A stretch of 63,654 nt of DNA, filler included, from Aduncisulcus paluster (taxonomy: Eukaryota), in the NCBI GenBank assembly GCA_024181965.1. It is 15 parts of 15 records of this genome, joined end to end, with 100 filler letters (N's around TTAATTAATTAA, not from the genome) between each part and the next. Parts side by side here need not be neighbours in the genome. Positions count along the whole stretch, not along the records: positions 1 to 7,759 come from BQXS01011779.1; positions 7,860 to 10,026 come from BQXS01011780.1; positions 10,127 to 12,085 come from BQXS01011781.1; 12 more parts are not named here. One strand, written 5' to 3'. The stretch's first letter is position 1; every line of letters begins with the position of its first letter. The position numbers and the translations under genes are program-made. Shown here one piece after another: positions 1 through 12,185 of the stretch. Below the pieces are notes generated by a model. That model worked only from the letters and a program-made list of their open reading frames with translations, was not told the origin of the DNA and ran no database searches.

Positions 1-430
1 TGTTCGGATTTGGCAGAATAATATCATTATTATCCTGTCTTTGTACGGTCGGTTCGGTACTCTCGCTCTGTTCGCCGTGGGTCTGACTTTCTTGAGCCTG
101 CCTTTCTCTCTGTCTCCTGGTCAAGACTGCTGCTCTTGATCGACCATATTTAATAATCTTTTTTCTCTCCAGTGAGTTCAGGAATGTATCAGCTTTCTGG
201 GTTTTGTGGCTCGGGTCTCTCCTCGGTTTCCGTTTGGTTTGTGACTGATATGGGCACCCTATCACCACGTCAGCCACCGCTCGCTGCCTTTCACCATTCG
301 TCGGAGTATGAATCACCAAATCAGGGTTACATCCAAATTGTTCTTGAAGGTGCATCGGTTCCAGTATCGCAGTCGTATCAGGGACCTGATTTGATAGTAT
401 TGTACATAGAGTTTTGTTGACAGTGATCGG
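1..430 (-). mobile_element. 5'-truncated RLE-type non-LTR retrotransposon fragment (endonuclease core); continues beyond window start
   Basis: Not in ORF track. Manual minus-strand translation gives TVNKTLCTILSNQ..ILEP..NPDLVIH..AVADVVIGCPY..LERKKIIKYG, matching the EP/PD/D/K..KY motifs of restriction-like endonucleases. Bases 1-42 are the exact reverse complement of 58635-58676. Confidence 0.8.
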
Positions 431-933
431 ATCACTCGCAAGCAAGAAAATCATTGGGGTAAATATTGGGTGGAGAAAGAAACGAGGAATAAAAGTTTAT
501 CGTTTATTTCATGAAATCATGGCGCCTCAAAGGAAAATAACTCATGACTCGAAAATGACTCCGAGTCATAATCCAAAAAAAAAAAAATAATAATAATAAT
601 AAAAAATAAGAAGAGGGAAAAATATAACACCATCATGATATTGATGGTGTCCATACAAACCAACTAGACGAGTTCGGATGTTACGAAAAAAAACAAAACA
701 TGCAAAAATGGGCATATTCATTTTTAGGCCGGGGGAAAAATTAACAATAAGGATAATAAATGGAAAAAATTGCTCAAAATAATAATATCACTCCAATATT
801 AATATAAAAAAAGCAAAACGAATCGATTGATTAACAATCCATATCAAACGTTACAAGAGAAGGTAAGGAGGCTGAGAAAGGACGAAAAAACTTCGACATT
901 ATAGAAATTATTATTATTATTATTATCTAAGTG

Positions 934-2649
934 TTACACGGTTTGATTGCACCAAACCATTCCATCGTCTCCACGGGAGGCATCTCTGAAATCATGAACA
1001 TCGCAAGCACATTCGTCAAAGAAGCAAGACACAGTTACAAACCCTGACGATGAATAAAATGCCTCCTCGCCTTTCAGAGTACACCCAAGAGTGTTTCCAA
1101 AGGGGAGATTCAGGGAGAATGCAAACCGTTGGTCGAAGAAGTTGGAAAAGACCTGCTGCAGATAACTTGTTGAGGCTACACCAATGATGGCTGACCAGGC
1201 AGGGAGGTATGATTTGTCTGTACGAGATGAATCAACGAACGATATCTTGGAAATCTCATCAAAACCTTGGATGATATTGAAATAGGCGTGGTCTGACTTC
1301 ATGAGTCCGTGCATCCTCATTGTAATAATAAAATCAACGGAAAAGTCAACACTTCCAACATCTCCATCCTTTCCACTCACAGTGACATACAGATCTTCAT
1401 ATAAAAACACGAGAGAGTCAGGATTAACAGCCTCAATGATTGGCTTGACTGGGTCAAGAGAGGGGTCTCCAAACCTCCAATACACCTCAAGGGAACACCC
1501 TGGACAGGCAATGAGCTCAGGAATCTCCATACCAATATAAGAGTCAGCCATGAAGAGAAAAGACATTGAGGATTCACCCTCATACTCCCCATCATCTCCA
1601 CAACCTGTACGAATACTGGCGCAGGCAAGTTTATCCTTAGTACCTAAAAATAGATTGGCAGCTTCCCAATATGATCTTTCATTCACAAACTGTTGATACA
1701 GGGCATTCTGGATGAAAGCAGGGGCGAAAAAGATATTGGCATCTGTCCCGGCGATAATGGAGGGAAAGTCTGGATAGAGGAAAGGGTCGTATTCAATGAT
1801 GGCCGGGTCGAGGAATTGTTGCCAATACTGTTCATCCTGATCAACTCGATCACTGTGGGCATCAAAGAAAGGGAAGGTTCCATAATCATCAGAGAAACTG
1901 ATAGAACCAGCAGTGGCCATGAATAGGAAGGTGCCTTCTGGGTCATAATAAAAATGAGAAGCTCCTCCAGGCTTTATCATTTGGTTGAGCAACACCGTGG
2001 CATACTCATCGAAAATAGAGGTAAATAAGGGAATAAGAGCATCGTCAAGGATTGTAGTAAGAAGTTCGAGCATTGGATTGACATCCCCAATATAAGATAT
2101 AATAAATGTCGTCAGATTGATGTTGACACTATTGATTGAAAATACAGTTAAGAAACCACAACTGGGTTCTCCACACGATTGGTCAGATGTGTCTGGAGAA
2201 GTGGATATCGAAGCTCCAGCCTGTAAATTAAAGCCTTGGATTGTAATCTTGGCAGAACCAGAGAGTTGTGTATAGGGGAAGGTTTCGAGCTTAAATTCAT
2301 AATCCAAAGCTAATATCATGCCAGCGTCATAAAGACCAATAAGAAAAGAATCGGGTTCAATGAAATCAATTACCATTTCATCATCTTCAAAGAAGGTGAA
2401 TGACTGAACAGTAAAATTTTGGAGAGCAATTGATCCCTTGCCAAAAGCCATGCTAAAATCAATAATTTGATCTGGTATCTCAGTAGCGTAAACATAATTC
2501 ACAAACCAAGGTTGCAATCCCACAACAATAAGATCACTAATTCCTGTTTTTGTCATAGTGTATTGAACTGAGGGAGCTGGAAGGAAAGGTTCAGCAAATG
2601 TTGCTGTAAGAAATCCAAATATTAATATTAAAACTAGTTTGAAACTCAT
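934..2649 (-). CDS. Secreted BPI/LBP (TULIP)-like lipid-binding protein
   Basis: ATG at 2649 begins a signal peptide (MSFKLVLILIFGFLTATFA). The N-terminal pattern (TMTKTGI..IPD..GKGSIALQNFTV..LSGSAKITI) and the ~570-aa size resemble BPI/LBP proteins. Confidence 0.6.
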   Translation of the reverse strand: MSFKLVLILIFGFLTATFAEPFLPAPSVQYTMTKTGISDLIVVGLQPWFVNYVYATEIPDQIIDFSMAFGKGSIALQNFTVQSFTFFEDDEMVIDFIEPDSFLIGLYDAGMILALDYEFKLETFPYTQLSGSAKITIQGFNLQAGASISTSPDTSDQSCGEPSCGFLTVFSINSVNINLTTFIISYIGDVNPMLELLTTILDDALIPLFTSIFDEYATVLLNQMIKPGGASHFYYDPEGTFLFMATAGSISFSDDYGTFPFFDAHSDRVDQDEQYWQQFLDPAIIEYDPFLYPDFPSIIAGTDANIFFAPAFIQNALYQQFVNERSYWEAANLFLGTKDKLACASIRTGCGDDGEYEGESSMSFLFMADSYIGMEIPELIACPGCSLEVYWRFGDPSLDPVKPIIEAVNPDSLVFLYEDLYVTVSGKDGDVGSVDFSVDFIITMRMHGLMKSDHAYFNIIQGFDEISKISFVDSSRTDKSYLPAWSAIIGVASTSYLQQVFSNFFDQRFAFSLNLPFGNTLGCTLKGEEAFYSSSGFVTVSCFFDECACDVHDFRDASRGDDGMVWCNQTV

Positions 2650-2788
2650 TCTGACACACAAAGCGTTGTACATTTCTTCATTGATTATTATGAAATTAAT
2701 TCGTTTCAAAGGGGGAAATTTTGTTCGAATATTGAACAGAAAAGGTAAATTTTAATTTTATTTAATCGAATTTATTGGACATGACAAA

Positions 2789-3274
2789 TCATTCTTCGGA
2801 TTGTGATGACTCTGCCTCAGAAGAACTGGTGGAACTGGATTCACTCGATGAATTGTCTTTATCATCTTTTTCTTCTTCCTTTTCTTGTTCCTCTTGAGAT
2901 ATTTCTTTTTCCTCTTCGTCATTCCATTGTACTCCAAAATCTTCTTCTTCTTCCATCTTTTCATCAACGCCTGAAGACTTTTGGGCTTCGTCAACTTCGT
3001 CTGCAAAAATATCTTCTTCTTGATCAAATATCTTTGAGTTCTGTTTAATCTTTAATTTACGCTCTGCAACAACTTTACAAATCTTATCTCTTTCTTCTTC
3101 CCATTCGTCAGATGAAATCCTCTTAAGAATTGTTAAACTATTCTTAAAGCCAAGAAGCTTTTCTTTTTGATAATTGAGAGCAGGGTCAGATTCTAACTTA
3201 TCAATTTCTACGCTTAATAAGCTTTCAATTTCATCTTGACTTTCTAGCGGGGTTTCAGATATTATTTTAAACAT
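2789..3274 (-). CDS. Hypothetical protein with acidic C-terminal tail
   Basis: 161-aa ORF with ATG start between AT-rich intergenic regions. Confidence 0.6.
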   Translation of the reverse strand: MFKIISETPLESQDEIESLLSVEIDKLESDPALNYQKEKLLGFKNSLTILKRISSDEWEEERDKICKVVAERKLKIKQNSKIFDQEEDIFADEVDEAQKSSGVDEKMEEEEDFGVQWNDEEEKEISQEEQEKEEEKDDKDNSSSESSSTSSSEAESSQSEE

Positions 3275-3621
3275 TATATGGGGTAAAACCTTTTAAAGGA
3301 CACAAATAAAAAAGAATATGGAGCAATGGATGGATCTATCCAATCAAAACTCGCTCAAGGATGTGATTGGGTTCGAATTCTCTCATCTATAATTAATAAG
3401 TCATTCCATCAAAAAAAAACTTGATTAAAATTGAAATAACAAAAAAATAATTAATTTCAAATCAATATTACTTCAAATTTCAGTAAGAAATATTTTTTGG
3501 CTGAAATATACTTCTATTTTCCGTGAATTCTAGGGTTGCCATTTTTTAATTTCATAATTTTTGTTTATATTTATTATTTATGCTTTTGATTTCTTATATA
3601 AACTAGAATATTATTTGTTAA

Positions 3622-6600
3622 ATGAACAGAAATCAAAAAAAGCATCCTAAGACACCTCCTGGTGTCCCATCATATTATAGTCCACTTCAAAAATCGTTAT
3701 ATATGAGACAAATTGATATTTATTCTAGAGGATTTCGATATAAAGTTAAAAACAACTCAGTTTTAGAAAACATCTCTCTTCCTGATGCAATTGAGAGAAA
3801 ACGTAAACAAACACCTTCCAAAGTATCTTTTATTAATCCAACATCATACACGATGAAAGTTCTTGAAGATAAGTTTTCTGAGTCTGGCACAACTCCTCTT
3901 CCAGTTTCTTCTGCCCAAGCTATGGAGGAATATTCGCATAAAACTGTTGTTTCCCGTGATAAATTTATTGAAGTACTTCAAGAAGTTATGGGATATGATG
4001 TTTCTGAGGCCTCTGCAGTTTATGACACTCTTGACGATCTCCACCATGGTGTACTTCCCTGGGAAAAGATCTTGGATCATATCGGAGCACTGAAATGGCA
4101 TAGTGCCCGAGGAGGAATGAAAGGAGAATCTCAAGGGCGCCTTTTTCCTGCGTACACGACTACAACCACAACATCAACATCTCGATTCACTCATGATATT
4201 CAACATGAACATAGTTCCACTCTCCTTGTAGGAATGCGTGGTGTTGGTGGTGCAACATGTTCAAGGGATGGTTTATTGCAAATATTTTCCCTATTGGATG
4301 GATCTCCCATTCGTACTTTGCTGGCCCCCACACCTCAGGATGAATCTGGAATATCCATAGATGATTTTGGGAACAATGTCCACATCATGCAAGCTGCTCT
4401 GACAAAGAGGAAACAAGCTCTGCACAAGAGAGAGAAGGAAAGAAAGAGACGGCTCGAACGTCAAAGATCCTTGTCATATCATAATAGGAAAACTTCGCCA
4501 ATTCTTAAAAAAAATTCTCCATCCATAATACGATCATCATCAAGTCTTGCTAAAATGGCTTCATCAACTGAGTCGGCCGCTAATTCATTTCATCTAACTC
4601 ACCAACGATCTACACCAACGACAAATGATAAATCAACACCATCAACGATATTTAAACAGCGTCCAATCGGTATTTCTCCAAGGAAAACCCCTGTTAAAAC
4701 TAGAAAATCCCCTGGTCGGCCTGCATCAGCCTTGAGTCGCACACTCAGTAGTAGTGGTAGGGTTGGTGGTTCAAAGTCTTCTGCTCGCACTACTGGTCGA
4801 TCTACGCCCACTCCTTTACGCGGGGTTCGTCCAAAATCTTCAATGGGTTTGTATGGAATGTCCTCTCCGGCCAAATTATCGAAAACTGCTGATAAACCCA
4901 TTTCAATGCATCTGGTTGCTTCTCCGAAAATGACTCTTCTCCCCCACAAACGCACACCCTTGCCGCCCTCAACTATCAATTCTCCACACTCTTTCCCATC
5001 TCTCTTGCTACCTTCTGAGGTGTTTCACTCTGTAATGGATGAGAACAAGGATATGACTGCGGCTATTGAATCAGAGCTTAGTCGACTTCGATTTGAAGAA
5101 GACCTTATAAAATATGGTTCAAAGAAGAAAGAAATCGATATTTATAGAAGAGTGATGTCTGGCGGAGCTTCTGCAGCTTCTGGTGGTAGTATGCCCCTGT
5201 TCACACTTCCTTCTCAGAGAGGAGCTCCAAAAATAGTACCATATATGAGAAAGTTGCCGATTGCTCAGCCTCCTCGTCGGAGCTTCGAACATGATGCTGT
5301 TAAGGAGGGTTTGGTTCGCAGGGTTGGGGTTAAGCTTAGGAATAGAATGAGACCTGGTTCTGCTTCCGGTTCTTCTTCAAATCAAAAACATTTTTATTCT
5401 CGACGCGATATTCGACCAAAATCTGCATGCGCTCGGTCAAGGAATAAGCTTTCGGCTGAAGACGAGTACTATGAGAAACTTGTCAACGATACTTACCTCG
5501 CTTCAGCTTCATATACCGGTTCAAGACGAAAAAGACCGTCTGACCACTCCTCTTCTTCCTCTTTGACGTCGGATAAGAGTCACCCCTTTTCCTCCCTCCT
5601 GCTGGCTGAACCTCCACAGCCCTCAACTCTTGTGATGAGTGTGATAAAGTCTCATCAACAGAGAGGGTGGGCTATGAGTTGCTGTAGCGATGTATTGTCA
5701 CATCTATTGTTTGTCGGGACAGCTACAGGGCTTGTGATCTATGATGGAACAAAGGGATACGAATTTATTCGGAAACTCCATGTCCCTGTTTGTGTTTTAA
5801 GCATTTGTATTTCATATAGGAAAGTTCCCAGGAAGGACAAATACACAATGAAAGATATTCGGAAAGATGAGAAGGAAAAGGAAGCTGAATTGAGGGAAAC
5901 AAAGGAGAAGTGGAGGAAAAGAGAGGAGGAGGAAAGAATCAAAATGGAAAAGAGCTCTCCAAATGGATTTTGTCCAATAATTATGGATGACAAGGAGGAC
6001 ACACTCACGAGTGAAGATACTGAGCACAACCCATCTAGTTCAGGATCTTCACAGATCACTGGCTTAACAAGGTCACAAAACCCGCATCTAACATCCATTT
6101 CACGGGCCTTCTCTCCAATCGACTCCTTTGCCTCCCCTTCCATTTCTCCTGACTTTCCAGCTTCTTCCTCACCCTCATCATCATCGTCTCCCAATACATA
6201 TCTTGAGCCTTCAAGGAAAACTGGGGCTATGACCGATGCTGCATCTCGGAAGACATTTATCTCTGCTGATGCCTATGTCAGAGGGTCTTGTTTTCCCTTG
6301 ATTCCTTCTCTTAAAGCTAATACTCGGATTATCTGCATTGGGGGCAGTAATGGTCATTTGTTTTTCTATGATCTCAAAGATCTTAATCCAATTCTTACTG
6401 ATTCTGAGACTCATTCCCATCCTCCGCAAGTGATGTGCTCTATCCGAGGGATGAAACGTCGAATGGTCGCCGTGGGTGACACTGCTGGACTAATTAGCAT
6501 CTGGGATATTGACACTCTCACCTTATTAAACACAATATCCCTTCCGTCTGCTGTGATGTCTCTCTCTTTTTCGCCAGCACATGCACTCATCTGCGCTGCC

Positions 6601-7759
6601 ACTGTTAAGAGTGGAATATATCTCATATCCATCTTTTCTTTATCGATATGTGGGAGAATCATCACATCATCTGCTCCCCTTGTCGGTGCATGGGCCACAT
6701 TGACCAATCAGGTTGTTGCTGTTCATGAAGACAAAAGTATTGCTTTGTACTGTATAAAGACACTTCAACTACAGCAATCGGCACGTGAACCGACTCCCCA
6801 GGGTCTCTCTGACAAGATTACACAGGCCAACTTTGTCCAAGGCCTGAATCTCTTGCTCATTGGTGGCTGTGTGATCCGACAATGGGTTCTTCTGAGGAAA
6901 GGAGAGACCGTTGAGGAGTGTGTTGGGTGGAGAGAGTGGCAGAAGGAACGTGATGAGGCCATGTGGGAAGAAGAGGAGATTGTTGTGAAGGGAGAGGATG
7001 AACGGAAGAGGGAAGCAGATGAGAAAGAGGCCGTGCGTTTGGCATGTATGAGTGACGAGGAGAAAGAAGCGGAAGAGATGATCGATAGATTGAAACTTCT
7101 CCTCAATTGTGTTCGAGAACCAGAATATGTCACTGAAGAACCTGATACCATCGAAACCATCGATATCCTTGATGACAAAACTCACACCAAAGGGGAAGGG
7201 AATGACGATGTGACAATCATGGAGGAAAAAGAAGAAGAGCGTGAAGAAGAGGAAGAAGAAGAAGAGGAAGAAGAGGATGGATCTTCTTCTATGACTGATT
7301 ATGATATTTGTACTTCCGATGAGTATGATATCGACCGTGATAGAATGGACATTATTGGTGTTAACTCGCAACGAAAAAAACCATCCCCTTCGATTGTTCC
7401 TCCCTTGACGTTGTCCAAATGTGAGAAACTTGGCATATCCCAACCAGGAGGTGGCGTTGTTCTCAGTGCTGGTGGAAGAGCTTCGAGCATCAATCTCCAC
7501 TCTCCAACATTCACGGAGCGGAACATTCTCAATCACCTTCGTGATGATGCCTTCATCGAATTACAACAAGAGATGGAAAGGAAGGGGAAAGAAGAAGATG
7601 GCGATTCTTCAAAGCATAAAGCCAAGGGGAAGAAGGAGAAAAAGAAACATAAAAAGAAAATAACATTGAAAAAGAGGAAAGGTGGGGTGGTAAAAAAGAA
7701 GAAAAAGAATAACACAAAGAAAACTAAAGGGAAAAAGACGATCGGTAAATCTTTAAAAA
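3622..7759 (+). CDS. Large EF-hand-like/WD40-repeat protein with low-complexity inserts (3' partial)
   Basis: Open >1370 aa up to the gap. Degenerate EF-hand region (YDTLDDLHHGVLPWEKIL) and WD-like repeats (TCSRDGLLQIF, GGSNGHLFFYD, VGDTAGLISIWD). Confidence 0.65.
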
Positions 7760-7859
7760 NNNNNNNNNNNNNNNNNNNNNNNNNNNNNNNNNNNNNNNNN
7801 NNNTTAATTAATTAANNNNNNNNNNNNNNNNNNNNNNNNNNNNNNNNNNNNNNNNNNNN
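7760..7859. other. Artificial contig linker (N44-TTAATTAATTAA-N44); first of 14
   Basis: Six-frame-stop linker. The others start at 10027, 12086, 14327, 16661, 18998, 21297, 23283, 25658, 28188, 40905, 47419, 59257 and 61800. Confidence 0.99.
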
Positions 7860-8310
7860 TAAAAGATATGGCATATAGTAAACATACAATTTGCTTGTTT
7901 GCCAAGAAAAAATGGACATCGGTGCTTAGCCGCCAACAGACTGAACAAGCAACTCTTCAATAGATAAGATTGGAAAATTAAAAACACACATATAAACGAG
8001 TTAAATGCTGGTAAATGATAAAAACATGTTTTATTTTCATTTCCATGCCATGGTGTTTATTCTCGATATCTCAGGCTTTTGGAGAACCCTCAGGACTGGA
8101 TATAGTTCCATTTCACGTGTTAAGAACATTTATGAACGATTTCAATGCTATTCAATAACATGGATATATTTCCATTTCATTTCTATCCTTATCCTTGCCT
8201 TTCTGTTTCATTTTCACTTGCCTTTGCTTACAATCAAAAATATCAAGAACTCGGAATATGATGGTATATATGTGTCTGTATACTGCTACGAATCTAATCC
8301 CCTGATGCTT
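7860..8310 (-). repeat. Copy of the kinase-family upstream region
   Basis: Near-identical reverse complement of 12186-12621. It points into the gap, implying another family member there. Confidence 0.9.
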
Positions 8311-8334
8311 CATGGAACATGACATTTCCCCGCA

Positions 8335-8683
8335 GTCAAATCCAACTCCAACTCTAACTCCAATGCCAGATCCTGATCATTTGATACATTTAATACTGAG
8401 ATTTGTGCTTTGTGTTTATTGTCTTTGGATGTGGGGCATCTATCATATTCCATTTGTCAAAGCTCTACTATAAAGAAACAGTCAAATCCAACTCCAACTC
8501 CAACTCCAACTCCAACTCCAACTCCAACTCCAACTCCAATTTCATTCCACCCAACTCCAACTCCAATGCCAGATCCTGATCATTTGATACATTTAATACT
8601 GAGATTTGTGCTCTGTGTTCCTTGTCTTTGGAATGTGGGGCATCTGACATCTATCCTATGTCAAAGCTCTACTATAAAGAAAT
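8335..8683. repeat. Local tandem duplication containing a (CCAACT)n microsatellite
   Basis: The block CAGTCAAATCCAACT...GCCAGATCCTGATCATTTGATAC...AAGCTCTACTATAAAGAAA occurs twice. The hexamer is expanded at ~8489-8540. Confidence 0.9.
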
Positions 8684-9314
8684 AGTAACTCATCCTCCAA
8701 TGATGAACTATCAGCACATCCTCGAACCACAACCAACCTACAACCAATCCCTCGTCGTGTCATATTGATTGAATCGCCTGTGACTGGAATGAATGTTGCT
8801 GTTAATTGATGAGTGGATGAATCATATTTGATCTATTTGAACACCAATTGTATGTTGTACTTCCCCGCCATCATTGTCATTGCCATCTCGAATACTACAT
8901 TGATTGCCCCATTCTGTTTTGTTGCCCCCCTGTTTTCTGTCGCATCACCCGCAGATGATCATAGAGTTCCTATAGTCGTACCGTATGCAACTCCAAAGAA
9001 CTTTGAACTTTATTTTTTTTTTGTTGTTGTTCTGTCCCGTCTTGTCCTGTTGTGGATAAAGAAAGATGATTTGTGATACTAAGATGATAATGATGATAAA
9101 AGAAATATTCAGAACTAAAAACTATCGATGACCACCAACCAACATTTAAGGCTTCAATCAAAGAAGTTGGCACAGTTGGCCCAACTACGAGCTACCTAAT
9201 ATTCGATCTATGTATCGACTTTGTCAAAATCGAAATGGAGATTCTTCATAAGGAGAAAATGACCTTCAACTTGCGTAAAAACAACATATGTTACGGTAAC
9301 GTCGAGAATCATTC

Positions 9315-9375
9315 TAAAATTGTAATACTAAAATTGTAATACTAAAATTGTAATTCTAAAATTGCAATACTAAAA
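9315..9375. repeat. 14-bp minisatellite TAAAATTGTAATAC x4
   Basis: Read directly from the sequence. Confidence 0.9.
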
Positions 9376-9450
9376 GTTTTTAGACAAAAACTATATCATT
9401 TTATTTCCATTGATTACACATTTTGCATTATAATCTAATGATTGGATCTA

Positions 9451-10026
9451 TTACTCCTCTTCCTCTTTCCTACCTTGTGCAATTCTTTGAGGTTTTCCTT
9501 CAATCTTTCTCAACGCAAGCTCAGCAATCTTCTTTGTTTCAATCCTCACCGTTTTGCTGTTGTTAAATGTTTTGTATATCCCAACAAGACAGTCGGCAAG
9601 CTCAAACATATTATTCCGCAGTGAGATGACAATAAACTGACACCCGAGTGCCTGTTCCTTCACATAATTGGCAACAATGGCAACATTTCTGAAGTCCAGA
9701 GCAGCATCAATCTCGTCAAGAACATAGATGGGCGTTGGTTTAAAGTGGTGCAGTGCAAACACGAGAGCCAGTGATGCGAGTGTCTTCTCACCACCACTCA
9801 GATCAGAGATATTCTTCCATCTCTTCCTTGGAGGCATCACAGAAAACTTGATCCCACCAGCAAATGGGTCACTACTGGACACAAGCTCCAACGATGCACT
9901 ACCACCAACAGCGAGGGTCTCATACAACAGTCTCAGTTTCTCGCACACACTCACAAAGCCACACATGAACTCGTCGTGCCGTTTCATGACAAGAGCTCTC
10001 AAACGTCCCGCGATCTCCATTCGTTC
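9451..10026 (-). CDS. SMC4: Condensin subunit SMC4, C-terminal ATPase head (5' partial)
   Basis: LSGGEKTLASLALVFALHHFKPTPIYVLDEIDAALDFRNV and QFIVISLRNNMFELAD are SMC4-type signature and Walker B motifs. Confidence 0.92.
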   Translation of the reverse strand, partial: ERMEIAGRLRALVMKRHDEFMCGFVSVCEKLRLLYETLAVGGSASLELVSSSDPFAGGIKFSVMPPRKRWKNISDLSGGEKTLASLALVFALHHFKPTPIYVLDEIDAALDFRNVAIVANYVKEQALGCQFIVISLRNNMFELADCLVGIYKTFNNSKTVRIETKKIAELALRKIEGKPQRIAQGRKEEEE

Positions 10027-10126
10027 NNNNNNNNNNNNNNNNNNNNNNNNNNNNNNNNNNNNNNNNNNNNTTAATTAATTAANNNNNNNNNNNNNNNNNN
10101 NNNNNNNNNNNNNNNNNNNNNNNNNN

Positions 10127-12085
10127 ATTCTGATTGTGTTGAAGGGTGGTATGGTACTAACTGTGAGTTCCATGATGTTTCTATCCCCGATGCAAACCTT
10201 CGAGCTGCTGTGTGTTCTGCTCTCGTTGCGTCTCTCATTCTCTCTGACGATTGTTCCGTCATAACCAACATTGACATGCTGTCGTTGACTTCCCTCAGTG
10301 CATCCTCTGTTGACACCTTCGAAGGATTGTCTTATGCAACGAACCTTGCATCACTCACCATCGATGGCACATCCACATCTGACCTTGAGATTGACTCGAC
10401 AGAGATTGGGTATCTTCCAACGTCTTCCCTATCCACGTTGTATCTGCAGAACATTGCATTATCTGAGGATGTGTCTTTATCCGCATTCACGATGTTGACG
10501 AAGCTTGATCTGAGAAACACTGGTCTGACTGATTCTCACATTGTTCTTGGTTCTTTGAGTGGTGTTGAGGAGCAGCTTGTTGAGTTGACCTTGCGTGAGA
10601 ATAGTATCTCGGATATCTCTGCTCTATCTGGAATGGTGAATCTAACCTATTTGTATTTGTACAACAATCAAATATCTGATATTATTCCATTGGAAAGTTT
10701 GGTGAAATTGACAATATTGGAACTTGGGAGCAATCAGATAAAATCCATTGATTCATTATCAAATATGGAGTTATCGTATTTACAATTGGCAAACAATGAG
10801 ATATCAGACGTTTCTGATCTGTCTGAAATGTCAAACTTGACAACTCTATATATTGGTGGAAATAAGATATATAATATTTCTCCTCTGTCTGAACTAACAG
10901 AGTTGATAACATTATCACTTTCTTCTAACGATATTTCTGATATTTCTGACTTGAGTTCCTTGACAAACCTTACACATCTACATCTTAGCTATAATGAAAT
11001 ATCATCAATTGGTTCATTGATTAATATGATAGATTTACAATATTTGTATCTTCATTACAACAACATCACAGATATATCTGCTTTGTCAGGCAAAAGAGCC
11101 ATGATTGAATTGTATCTCAATAATAATGATATTTCAAATATCTCTGCCCTCACGAATATGGAGAATATGAACAGTCTTCGATTACAAAATAATAGAATCT
11201 CAGATATTTCACCATTAGCTGGAATGTACGGATTAACAGATTTATATCTTCATTACAACAATATCTCAAACATCTATTTCCTTTCATCCATGAATGATTT
11301 GTCCATTCTGAACCTCAGCAACAACCCCTTATCCACGACCATGTCTTCCTCCCTGACAACATTGTCCTCCTTGCCATCTCTGACGACATTAACCCTTGAT
11401 TCTGTTGGATTGTGTAACACTTCCTTGCGTTCGCTGAGCATGTTCCCTGCATTGTCCACCCTGTCCATCCGTTCGAATGGTCTCACAGACATCTCGCTCT
11501 TGTTCCCGATCTCTGGTCTGTCTTCGCTTGACGTGCGTGATAACAAGCTGTGCAATGTGTCCGACACTGTGTATGCTGCACTGTTCCCTCTTTCGCCAGC
11601 TCTCTCCGTGAATGTGGGTAGCAGTGATTCTTTGATTGACCAAGATTCGTCGTATTGTGCACACTGTTCCGAAGCTCTGTCTTCCATGACACCGTCGGAC
11701 AATGTCGTGTGTCGTGAAGTGTGGACGGATGAGTATCAGGTCGAGTGTGCCCTGTTCAGTTATCGTGATTATAACTCTTCTTCGTCTGATCCACCGACAT
11801 GTGTTTCCCTCGATGCTTCACAATCTGTCTCTTCTGCCCCATCGTGTGTCGATACGCTTGTTACCTATCCTGGTTCGCAATGTGCTGTTGATGAAGGAAT
11901 GGATGCTGCTTCTGTGCATTCCGATTGTATTGAAGATTGGTATGGCGATGATTGTGAATACCATGATGTTTTAATCCCCGATGCAAACCTTCGAGCTGCT
12001 GTGTGTTCTGCTCTCGTTGCGTCTCTCATTCTCTCTGGCGATTGTCCCACCATAACCAACATTGACATGCTGTCGTTGACAACTC
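10127..12085 (+). CDS. Internalin-like LRR protein with Cys-rich/EGF-like linkers; one unit of a tandem repeat (partial at both ends)
   Basis: Many 22-aa LxxLxLxxNxIsDIsxL repeats, an IPDANLR cap and a C..WYG..C EGF-like motif. The contig start recurs at its end with a 1791-bp offset. Confidence 0.9.
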
Positions 12086-12185
12086 NNNNNNNNNNNNNNN
12101 NNNNNNNNNNNNNNNNNNNNNNNNNNNNNTTAATTAATTAANNNNNNNNNNNNNNNNNNNNNNNNNNNNNNNNNNNNNNNNNNNN

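Noticed and set aside
544..574. Three TGACTC motifs including the palindrome ATGACTC-C-GAGTCAT
   Set aside because: Single occurrence; a regulatory site or transposon end cannot be distinguished from chance.
3345..3390. GGTTCGAAT T-loop-like motif (also near 35729)
   Set aside because: No cloverleaf stems could be built by eye.
8005..8322. Twin ORFs MLVNDKNMFYF (also 12138-12491)
   Set aside because: They lie antisense in the repeated kinase upstream region, and nothing supports coding.
8410..8685. (PT)n or (LE)n ORFs; possible telomeric repeat
   Set aside because: A short internal (CCAACT)n microsatellite; the ORFs are by-products.
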